From: Paludibacteraceae bacterium
GTDB taxonomy: Bacteria > Bacteroidota > Bacteroidia > Bacteroidales > Paludibacteraceae
Length of the DNA: 64,000 bases
Assembly: GCA_045616645.1 (NCBI GenBank)
Contig: JAZLHD010000179.1
Location: forward strand, 5,633 to 69,632
Direction: 5' to 3'
Part shown: one piece after another, positions 28,460-36,050 of the stretch
Layout: every line of letters starts with the position of its first letter
Numbering within the stretch: position 1 is the first letter of the stretch
Position numbers and translations under genes: made by a program
The notes under the pieces: generated by a model
What the model was told of the DNA's origin: nothing
The model's database searches: none
The model's input: only the letters and a program-made list of their open reading frames with translations

Positions 28460-29905
28460 TCAAATATAGCGACGCACCACTTCGTGGTCGTCAAAATGAT
28501 GTTTCACACCTTTAATAATCTGATAATCCTCGTGCCCTTTACCGGCAACGAGAATCACATCGTTCGCCTTTGCCATCATACACGCGGTCTTAATCGCCAT
28601 CTCTCTATCCTCAATCACTAAGGTACTCTTCATCTCTTCCTCACTCAACCCATCGGTCATGTCGCGTAGGATATCCTTCGGTTCCTCATCGCGTGGGTTA
28701 TCGCTGGTCAGTATCAATTGGTCAGACCCCTCTTTGGCAATCTTCGCCATCATCGGACGTTTGCCTTTGTCGCGATTACCGCCACACCCTACGACCGTAA
28801 TCAACTGTCCTTTCTTATTCAGTATCTCGCGAATCGTCTGAATCACATTATCTACCGCATCGGGGGTGTGAGCATAATCGATGATGGCTGTCCAACCTTT
28901 CTCACTGCGTATTGCCTCAAAACGCCCATTGACTGGGGTGAGTGTAGATAGCACCCTTAATACTTCCATCTGCTCAAAACCCAAACACAAGGCTGTACCA
29001 TAGATACAGAGTAGGTTGCTGACATTAAACCGCCCTACCAAAGGAACGAACACTTCTTTGCCATTGATATTGAGCATCATGCCTTCAAATCCTTCCTCTA
29101 AGATCTGCGCCTTATAATCCGCCAACGAACGGGTGGAGTAGGTGTGTACTTTCGCCTTCGTGTTTTGCGTCATCACTAATCCGTTCTTATCATCTTTGTT
29201 GGTGACGGCAAACGCATTTTTCTTCAGTCCGTCAAACAGTCTTTTCTTGGTGTCTCGATAGTTGTCAAACGTCTTGTGATAATCAATATGGTCGCGTGTG
29301 AGGTTCGTGAACATCGCCCCATCAAAATCCAATCCTGCAATGCGCTCTTGTGCTATAGAGTGACTGCTAACCTCCATAAAACAATACTCGCAACCGGCAT
29401 CCACCATCTGTCGCATTAGTCCATTCAGTGCCAACGCGTCGGGTGTGGTGTGGGTACTGGGTATAGCCTCGTTTTCTATATAGTTCACTACTGTCGAGAG
29501 TAGTCCCGCTTTGTGACCCATCGCGCGCACGAGTTTATATAATAAGGTAGCAATCGTCGTTTTCCCGTTTGTGCCTGTTACGCCCACCAATATCAATTGT
29601 TCACTCGGTCTTCCGTAGAAATTGCTTGCCATCAGTCCCAACGCTTTGTTCGTGTCTTTGACTTGGATATAGGTGCAACCCTCGCTCATCTGCTCGGGCA
29701 TCACTTGACACACAATCGCCTTAGCGCCTTGTGCTATGCATTGCTCAATGAACGTGTGTCCATCTACGGCTGTTCCTGTCTGCGCAACGAACACTTCGCC
29801 GGAGCTGATTTTGCGGGAGTCAAACTCGATTCCGCTAACCTCTACATCCATCGAACCATGTACGTTTTCGATGTTGATGTCTTTCAATAAATCGTGTAGT
29901 TTCAT
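28460..29905 (-). CDS. murE: UDP-N-acetylmuramoyl-L-alanyl-D-glutamate--2,6-diaminopimelate ligase
   Basis: GVTGTNGKTT P-loop and DNPR motif (LTSDNPRDE). Confidence 0.95.
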   Translation of the reverse strand: MKLHDLLKDINIENVHGSMDVEVSGIEFDSRKISSGEVFVAQTGTAVDGHTFIEQCIAQGAKAIVCQVMPEQMSEGCTYIQVKDTNKALGLMASNFYGRPSEQLILVGVTGTNGKTTIATLLYKLVRAMGHKAGLLSTVVNYIENEAIPSTHTTPDALALNGLMRQMVDAGCEYCFMEVSSHSIAQERIAGLDFDGAMFTNLTRDHIDYHKTFDNYRDTKKRLFDGLKKNAFAVTNKDDKNGLVMTQNTKAKVHTYSTRSLADYKAQILEEGFEGMMLNINGKEVFVPLVGRFNVSNLLCIYGTALCLGFEQMEVLRVLSTLTPVNGRFEAIRSEKGWTAIIDYAHTPDAVDNVIQTIREILNKKGQLITVVGCGGNRDKGKRPMMAKIAKEGSDQLILTSDNPRDEEPKDILRDMTDGLSEEEMKSTLVIEDREMAIKTACMMAKANDVILVAGKGHEDYQIIKGVKHHFDDHEVVRRYI

Positions 29906-29924
29906 ATAGGTCTTGTTGTTTATC

Positions 29925-31754
29925 TTACCATTTCTTCATTACCAAACTATCCCCTTCAAACGTGTAATAATCGGAATATGCTATCGTTTTCTCGGCAATG
30001 ATCCTTACGACGTTTCCGCAGTCATAACCGGCATCGTACGAGGGATAGTTTTTGGGGTTCTGTATCATACATAAACAGGTGTATTGTGGGTTTTCTTCGG
30101 GGAAATAGCCTACGAACGTCATGCGATGGTTGCGACCCGAATAACGCCCATCCACAAACAACTGTGCTGTACCCGTTTTTCCTGCGATGTGTACCAACTG
30201 ACTCTGCGCCTTGTATGCTGCCACTTTGCCTTTCCATGTTCTCACGCTGGCAGTTCCTAAGTAGTTATCCCAAACTACATCGTGCAAGCACAAACGTATA
30301 TCTGCCAACGTCTTATCGCTGCAAATACTGGACTTTAGTACCTCCGTCTCAAACGTCTGTACGGCTTCGCCGTTCTGCTGTATCTCGCTTACAATATACG
30401 GACGAATCATCTTTCCGTCATTGGCTATTGCGTTGTAGAAGGCGATGATCTGCATTGGACTCATCTCCACCGAATAACCGTAAGCCATTTTTGATATCGT
30501 CACTGTATCGTCGGGGATATCAATACGCGCAGGCTCATAGCCCGGAATCTCGCAGTACATAGAGTCTTTGAGACCCATCTTTGTCAGTTTCTTTACGAAC
30601 AACTTGGCACTGCCATTATACGCTTTCGTGACAATCTTTGCCAACGCAATATTCGAAGAAACAGCGAGCGCACTACGTACTGTATAAACAGTATCCCGAG
30701 GGTGTGAGTCATAGTGCTTAGCGGAGAAGTATTTCCAACCGTCTTTGTATACTTTTATGGTGTCGTAGATATCTACTTTTCCGTCATCTAAAGTTGCTAC
30801 AAGGGCAATCGTCTTAAACGTACTTCCGGGTTCTACGCGCATCACGGCGTGGTTTTGCATCTCATAGTAATCACCATTACTCGTGCGGTCGAGGTTACTG
30901 ATGGCGCGTACCTTACCCGTCTGTGTCTCCATCAAGATACAGCATCCCCAATCGCCTTGTACTTCTTCTAATTTTGTGCGTAGGGTAGAGGAGACGATAT
31001 CTTGCAAATCGGCATCCAAGTTCGTGATAATATCCATTCCATCTTCGGCTTCTTGGATAATCACGTTCTCGTAACGCCCACCAATCTTCTGGCGCCTACT
31101 CAATCCGTCTTTGCCGCGTAACTCTTTTTCAAACCGTTTCTCTAATCCGGCATTGCCTTCTCCGCTCTCGCCATAAATACTACCTATCGTACGGGAAGCT
31201 AATTCTCCAAAAGGCTTGATACGACGATGTTGCTCATCGAACGTAATACCACTCTTATATCTTCCTCGACTTACCAAAGGCAACTGCTCTATCTGTTTCT
31301 TTTGGATATAATTGATGCGTTGCGAACTGAGTTTGATGACGCTCCCTGAATAACCTTTGCGGTGGGGGGTCTTGAATGAACGAATCATTCGTTCTTTGTA
31401 CTCGCCCGGCGTCTTATCACCGATGATACGACTCAATCCTTGCGCGAGCTCGCCTACGTGCGAATAGAATAAGGTGTCGCCACCTAAATGCAATGCCTCT
31501 ACGCGCGTGTCCATATTGATATAATATTGGGGCATGCTGCCTGCTAATAGGCGTTCTTTGCAGTCGAGTATGTTTCCTCGTGTAGCGGCTACTACTTGAT
31601 TATTACGTATTTGTTTTTCCGCAATTTTCATCCATTGTTCGCGTTCAGCGGTTTGGATAACCACAATCTTCACCAACACAGCGAGGAATCCCGCCGCGAT
31701 AAGAAGGAAGATAAAGGCGAACCTTAGGATAGTATTACGTTCTTTTTCGCTCAT
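29925..31754 (-). CDS. ftsI: penicillin-binding protein (class B transpeptidase, FtsI-like)
   Basis: SxxK (GSTFK), SxN (VSSN) and KTGT (GKTGTA) motifs, an N-terminal TM anchor, and the dcw position. Confidence 0.9.
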   Translation of the reverse strand: MSEKERNTILRFAFIFLLIAAGFLAVLVKIVVIQTAEREQWMKIAEKQIRNNQVVAATRGNILDCKERLLAGSMPQYYINMDTRVEALHLGGDTLFYSHVGELAQGLSRIIGDKTPGEYKERMIRSFKTPHRKGYSGSVIKLSSQRINYIQKKQIEQLPLVSRGRYKSGITFDEQHRRIKPFGELASRTIGSIYGESGEGNAGLEKRFEKELRGKDGLSRRQKIGGRYENVIIQEAEDGMDIITNLDADLQDIVSSTLRTKLEEVQGDWGCCILMETQTGKVRAISNLDRTSNGDYYEMQNHAVMRVEPGSTFKTIALVATLDDGKVDIYDTIKVYKDGWKYFSAKHYDSHPRDTVYTVRSALAVSSNIALAKIVTKAYNGSAKLFVKKLTKMGLKDSMYCEIPGYEPARIDIPDDTVTISKMAYGYSVEMSPMQIIAFYNAIANDGKMIRPYIVSEIQQNGEAVQTFETEVLKSSICSDKTLADIRLCLHDVVWDNYLGTASVRTWKGKVAAYKAQSQLVHIAGKTGTAQLFVDGRYSGRNHRMTFVGYFPEENPQYTCLCMIQNPKNYPSYDAGYDCGNVVRIIAEKTIAYSDYYTFEGDSLVMKKW

Positions 31755-32071
31755 TAATCAAGGGGTATATATTGAACAGGTTCCCTGTTTTGTTTCACTT
31801 TGCTATGGTTGTTTAAGAGGGCAGAACTGATGGTGGATTGTCGAGTCCTTTCTACCCGTTTGGCTGAGATGGTGAGGTATTCCATCTTTGCATCTTTGAC
31901 CTCTTTTTTTAGGTCACTCAAATACCGTTGCTGTTTCATAGACCCATAGCCACAAGCAATATAGATAAATAGCAACACCACAATCAGTCCAATCAGTTTA
32001 TACTGCTTGCGTACCCATTCCCTTTGCAATAACTCCCCATTCAACCACGATTGTACTCTTTTGATATCCAT
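31754..32071 (-). CDS. FtsL-like cell division protein
   Basis: 105 aa with a single TM helix (LIGLIVVLLFIYIACGY), in the position between rsmH and ftsI. Confidence 0.7.
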   Translation of the reverse strand: MDIKRVQSWLNGELLQREWVRKQYKLIGLIVVLLFIYIACGYGSMKQQRYLSDLKKEVKDAKMEYLTISAKRVERTRQSTISSALLNNHSKVKQNREPVQYIPLD

Positions 32072-32082
32072 CGTTCTAAAGT

Positions 32083-33075
32083 CTAAATTTTCTCTGCTAT
32101 TCTCAGTTTTGCCGACCGACTTCTCGGATTGCGTTCCACTTCCTGCTTATCCGCCATCAACCCTTTTTCAATTACCTTAAACGGTGTTAACGCGTTGCCA
32201 TAAAAATCTTTCTCTATCTCTCCCGTCAAGTTCCCCGACCTTAAAAAGTTCTTCACTATCCTATCCTCCAACGAGTGGTAGGTCAGTACCACAAGTCTTC
32301 CTCCGGGTGCTAACAAATCCCGCGCAGCACAAAGCATTGTCTTCAGAGCTCCTAATTCATCATTTACCTCTATTCGTAACGCTTGGAACACCAGCGTTAA
32401 CATCTTCTTCTCCATAGGATTCGCTTCCTCCGCTTTCTTTCCTATCAGTGCTTCAACTAACTCTTCAATCCGTTGTATCCCTCCTTCTTCACATCCTCCC
32501 CTTTGGGGGGAGGCTTGGTGGGGGCTTCCTGTCGCTTGTTTAATCTTCTTCGCCAACGCCCTACTATTCTTCAACTCGCCGTACAGGTACAGCACTTTCG
32601 CCAAATCCTCTTCGCTATACGTATTCACTATATCCGCTGCGGTTTTGCCGCCTTCGCGGTTCATTCGCATGTCGAGAGGACCGTCAAACCGAAAACTAAA
32701 TCCTCTTTCCGCTTGGTCAAAGTGGTGAAAACTAACCCCAAGATCCGCGAGTAGTCCATCAATATGATCCACACCGTAATAATCCATAAAGTTCTTGAGG
32801 TATCGGAAATTACTGTGTACAAACTGCCACTGCTCGTCTTTTACCACCTCCGGCCGATGAACTTTTGCATTTTCGTAGGCCTCAATATCCTGATCAAACG
32901 AATATAACTTTCCTTTCCGCCTCTCCGCCTCTCCGCCTCTCAGCCTTTCCAGTATCGCTGCCGAATGTCCCCCTCCTCCGAACGTCACATCCACATAGAT
33001 GCCGTTAGGCCTGATGTTCAGTCCCTTTATTGTCTGCTCCAACATCGCGGGTATGTGATACACGTCATTCTTCAT
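32083..33075 (-). CDS. rsmH: 16S rRNA (cytosine1402-N4)-methyltransferase
   Basis: YHIPAMLEQ..., DVTFGGGGHS, DLGVSFHHFD and LTYHSLEDRIVKNF motifs. At 330 aa it carries two extra low-complexity segments encoded by repeat elements. Confidence 0.95.
   Translation of the reverse strand: MKNDVYHIPAMLEQTIKGLNIRPNGIYVDVTFGGGGHSAAILERLRGGEAERRKGKLYSFDQDIEAYENAKVHRPEVVKDEQWQFVHSNFRYLKNFMDYYGVDHIDGLLADLGVSFHHFDQAERGFSFRFDGPLDMRMNREGGKTAADIVNTYSEEDLAKVLYLYGELKNSRALAKKIKQATGSPHQASPQRGGCEEGGIQRIEELVEALIGKKAEEANPMEKKMLTLVFQALRIEVNDELGALKTMLCAARDLLAPGGRLVVLTYHSLEDRIVKNFLRSGNLTGEIEKDFYGNALTPFKVIEKGLMADKQEVERNPRSRSAKLRIAEKI
32490..32527. repeat. 38-nt palindromic element (cacatCCTCCCCtttgGGGGGAGGcttggtgggggctt) inside rsmH, antisense to the gene
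   Basis: Hairpin CCTCCCC/GGGGAGG. 36/38 identity to the reverse complement of 20200-20237. A related copy at 62797-62831 is intergenic. Confidence 0.9.
32914..32945. repeat. octamer cassette (tttccgcc tctccgcc tctccgcc tctcagcc) inside rsmH
   Basis: It encodes RGGEAERRKG between GGGHSAAILERL and KLYSFDQD. Confidence 0.9.
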
Positions 33076-33101
33076 TTTTCAATAGCCTTCTATGCGTTCA
33101 A

Positions 33102-33545
33102 TTAACTGCGTGCCATCTTAATGCGTAGTCTCTTCGCTAATTCTACGGGCTCCAGTTTCTTCTCTCCAAACGTCTTTGGACTCCACAAAGCAAACCGATC
33201 CAGCATTCCGATAAACACAAATGTCTTATCTTCTACAGGTAGTGTCTTCTTCGATATCAACACGCGTCCTTGCCCGTCCATATCCAGCATTTCTGCTTCT
33301 GACATAAACTGCATCAACAGCAACTGGTCTTCGGGATTCCACTCGTCCAATGCCTCGCGTAATGCTTCTACTTTTGCATTCCAGGTCGGTTCGGGGTAGA
33401 AGATAAGGCACTCATTATCGGTGTCTCTCCGCATAATGATGTGCTTAGAGTCCATCTCTGCCAATATTTTTCGATACCCTGACGGAATAAATATCCGGCC
33501 CTTCTCATCGAACTTTACCTCAATGTTTCCTAAAAATGTATTCAT
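33102..33545 (-). CDS. mraZ: transcriptional regulator MraZ
   Basis: FLGNIEVKFDEKGRIFIPSGYRK (SpoVT/AbrB-like repeat). The start is set at the ATG at 33543-33545. The upstream extension in the track runs into the promoter. Confidence 0.9.
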   Translation of the reverse strand: MNTFLGNIEVKFDEKGRIFIPSGYRKILAEMDSKHIIMRRDTDNECLIFYPEPTWNAKVEALREALDEWNPEDQLLLMQFMSEAEMLDMDGQGRVLISKKTLPVEDKTFVFIGMLDRFALWSPKTFGEKKLEPVELAKRLRIKMARS

Positions 33546-33566
33546 AATAAAAATCATTTCACGCTG

Positions 33567-33574
33567 CAAAGATA
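33567..33574 (-). promoter_or_regulatory. -7 box (TATCTTTG on the minus strand) of the dcw/mraZ promoter
   Basis: caaagata at 33567-33574 followed by gcag, 21 nt upstream of the mraZ ATG. A -33 element was not convincingly placed. Confidence 0.5.
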
Positions 33575-33788
33575 CAAAAAAAAAATGATATACACCACTT
33601 TTCCCCACAAAAAATTTTAATTTTTTATTATCAACAACTTATTAACATAAAAAGTTGGCTGCTAATCAACTAATCATTAGACACTTATATTACTTATTAA
33701 CATTGTGGTGTAAAGTGGGGTGGTTTTGTGTGGTCTTTGTGTTGGAAAATATAAAATGTACCGTTTTGGGTTAAAATTGCAAAAAAGA

Positions 33789-33820
33789 TTTGCGCATATT
33801 AAAACTTTTTTGTAATTTTG
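33789..33820 (+). promoter_or_regulatory. sigma-A type promoter with no ORF for about 600 nt downstream (-33 TTTG 33789-33792, -7 TAATTTTG 33813-33820)
   Basis: TTTG-N20-TAnnTTTG. The 22 nt aaacttttttgtaattttgcag are identical to the ftsB promoter at 4961-4982. Confidence 0.65.
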
Positions 33821-33910
33821 CAGCCAGTTTTTCGAGAAACGGAGTTAATCGTGCCCTTGTGGCTAAGACGTGTCGAAAACAAAATGGAAAAATAACAGGT
33901 AATAGTTGGA

Positions 33911-34378
33911 TATCTCTCACAGATTCCACAGATTACGCTGATTGATTGATAATTTATTATTTTTTTATTTCTTTTTTTCGTTAGTTGTGAGTAAACTCCC
34001 ACTACCAAAAAAGAAGAACTAAAAAAGGGAATGTTCCTAACGTCACATCCCGTGCCTAACGGCACTAATAACAAATTATATAGGGATATATTGCACAGAC
34101 GTGAGGAGAGAGTAAAGTTTAGAGTGTAGAGTTTAGAGTGTAGAGTAGCCGTCTAGTTTATAAGTTTAGAGTTTAAAGGCAGAGAAATTCTGTGGAATAA
34201 AACCGCTAATAAGCCCTTATTGTGGATGCGAAAGCAGACACGGCGGGTGAACGAAGTGAACCAGCACCTACTATTGATATATTTGATGGATGGGAGTTTA
34301 CTCACAATCCGAGAATAAATAAATAGGAGGAATAAAAAAACAGAAAATCAGAGGAATCTGTGAAATCTGTGAGAGATA
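33911..34378. repeat. long imperfect inverted repeat: arms 33911-34001 and 34291-34378, about 289-nt centre
   Basis: Two collinear pairs. 33911-33934 pairs with 34355-34378 (23/24). 33985-34001 pairs with 34291-34307 (17/17, ttgtgagtaaactccca). Confidence 0.85.
34118..34178. repeat. intergenic heptamer cassette TTTAGAG/TGTAGAG with the core tagccgtctagtttataag
   Basis: tttagag tgtagag tttagag tgtagag + core + tttagag tttaaag. The core plus flanks closely match the dapA cassette (258-291). Confidence 0.9.
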
Positions 34379-34424
34379 AAAAAACACACCGAAAACGAAT
34401 CAGTTATATAGAAGTCGCAAATAT

Positions 34425-34988
34425 ATGAAGTCTTTGAACGACATAGATTTATTGGTTGCGCTGATGCAGGATGACGAGGTGGCGTTTACCACTTTGTATG
34501 AGCGTTACCACCCATCGTTATTTGAGGTGTGTATGAAATACCTCAAGAACGAGGACACTGCGCATGATGTGGTACAAAGTGTGTTTATGTGGGTGTGGGA
34601 GAATAGAAAGGACTTGACGATTGATACGAACCTGCGTGGTTATCTATGTACGACGACGAAAAATAAAATTCTCAATCTTTTGCGTCACGAGAACCTTGCT
34701 GTTCAAAATGATTACGTTTATGCTCAAGAACGATTGAGTGATCAGAGTTGGTTGGAGAAGATGCAGCATGAGGGTCAGTTATCTCGTATTCGAGAATTGA
34801 TAGAGCACTTGCCCGAACAGCGTAAAAAGATTTGCGAGATGAAGATTAAGGAAGGGTTGAATAATCAGCAGATTGCCGATGCGTTAGGTATATCAATACA
34901 GACAGTGAAAAACCAATATAGTTCGTCAATTAAAGAATTGAAAGAGCAATTATTGGAAAAAAATCAAGTTTTTTTGCGTTTAGGATAG
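34425..34988 (+). CDS. ECF-type RNA polymerase sigma-70 factor
   Basis: A region 2-like segment (FTTLYERYHPSLFEVC...) and a region 4 HTH (LNNQQIADALGISIQTVKNQ). Confidence 0.9.
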   Translation: MKSLNDIDLLVALMQDDEVAFTTLYERYHPSLFEVCMKYLKNEDTAHDVVQSVFMWVWENRKDLTIDTNLRGYLCTTTKNKILNLLRHENLAVQNDYVYAQERLSDQSWLEKMQHEGQLSRIRELIEHLPEQRKKICEMKIKEGLNNQQIADALGISIQTVKNQYSSSIKELKEQLLEKNQVFLRLG

Positions 34989-35014
34989 TACTTTTTGATT
35001 TGATAAGTGTCATA

Positions 35015-35048
35015 GGAGTGAAAACGAGTTTTTCGCTCCTTATTTTTT
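35015..35048 (+). terminator. intrinsic terminator-like hairpin between the sigma and anti-sigma genes
   Basis: 11-bp stem, aggagtgaaaa (35015-35025) with ttttcgctcct (35030-35040), including one G-U pair. It is followed by tatttttt. Confidence 0.6.
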
Positions 35049-35064
35049 GTATATATTTAGAACT

Positions 35065-36003
35065 ATGGAAAAAGATAAAATCAATCAAGTGCTGAACAAT
35101 GAGGCTTCTGAACAAGAGGCGAGGGAAGTGGCTCAGTGGTTTGGCAGCGCTGAGGGGCAGTTAGAAGTGTCGGAGTTGTTAGATGCTGATTTGGAGGCAA
35201 TGGTGCCCCACTTTGGTGCGCCCGCGCTTGGTGGACGCGTACGCGTAAGAAATAATAAGGTAAGACGCTTTTGGTGGGGTGTGGCTGCGGCTGTGGCTAT
35301 CATGCTTATGTTAGGAACTGTTGTTTTCGTGTGGCAGCGACCGATGCAGCCTAAGGTTTCGATGCAAACGGTTTGTGCCAATAGGGGAGAGCAGATACAG
35401 GTGGTGTTACAAGATGGTACGCATATCTATTTGAACGCGGGTTCGCGTTTGGTTTTTCCCTCTCGTTTTACAAGTCGTAGTCGTCGTGTGGTGTTGGTAG
35501 GTGAAGCGTATTTTGAAGTGACGAAGAACCGGCATCGTCCTTTTGAGGTGGATCTAAATGGAGCCTCGGTGGAGGTGTTGGGTACTCAGTTTAATGTGAA
35601 GGCATACGAAAATGAGTTGGTGCAAGTGAACTTAGACGAGGGTCACGTTCTTTTCCACGGAGCTAAGCAGTCGGTTGATATGCAAGCCGGTGAGCGTTTG
35701 AGTTACGATAGGCAGACGTGCTATTCGATGTTGTATCGTAATGCGGACACGCGTATGGCGTCGGCTTGGAAGGAGCATCGTTTAGAGGTGAATGCGATGC
35801 CTATGAATGAACTTAAGACGATGTTAGAGCGCAATTATGATGTGGATATCAATATCCGCGATGCGAAATGTTATGAATATTCTTATTCGTTGGTGGTAAA
35901 AGGCGATAAGTTAGAGAATGTGCTTAAGAGTATGTCTTCCGTCTCGCCTATTCGTTATCGTTATGATGACGAGAAGGGGTTAGTCGTTTTATCTGCTAAG
36001 TAA
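35065..36003 (+). CDS. FecR-family anti-sigma factor
   Basis: Cytoplasmic N-domain, one TM helix (WWGVAAAVAIMLMLGTVVFVW) and a periplasmic FecR domain (GEAYFEV..., FEVDLNGASVEVLGTQFNV). The start is set at the ATG at 35065. Confidence 0.88.
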   Translation: MEKDKINQVLNNEASEQEAREVAQWFGSAEGQLEVSELLDADLEAMVPHFGAPALGGRVRVRNNKVRRFWWGVAAAVAIMLMLGTVVFVWQRPMQPKVSMQTVCANRGEQIQVVLQDGTHIYLNAGSRLVFPSRFTSRSRRVVLVGEAYFEVTKNRHRPFEVDLNGASVEVLGTQFNVKAYENELVQVNLDEGHVLFHGAKQSVDMQAGERLSYDRQTCYSMLYRNADTRMASAWKEHRLEVNAMPMNELKTMLERNYDVDINIRDAKCYEYSYSLVVKGDKLENVLKSMSSVSPIRYRYDDEKGLVVLSAK

Positions 36004-36050
36004 TTCTTCAATAATAAATTAACCATTTAAAACATTAATCATTTACAAAC

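Noticed and set aside
33799-34074. 91-aa minus-strand ORF in the mraZ/sigma intergenic region
   Set aside because: It lies across a plus-strand promoter, AT-rich homopolymer runs and repeat arms. Its sequence is low-complexity, with no start context or motif. It is most likely spurious.
33911-34378. The inverted-repeat module considered as a phase-variable invertible promoter (inverton)
   Set aside because: No convincing TTTG/TAnnTTTG promoter was found inside the segment on either strand (only a lone TATATTTG at 34278-34285). No recombinase is in the window, and the arms are long and imperfect rather than short exact IRs. It is kept only as an open possibility within the leader finding.
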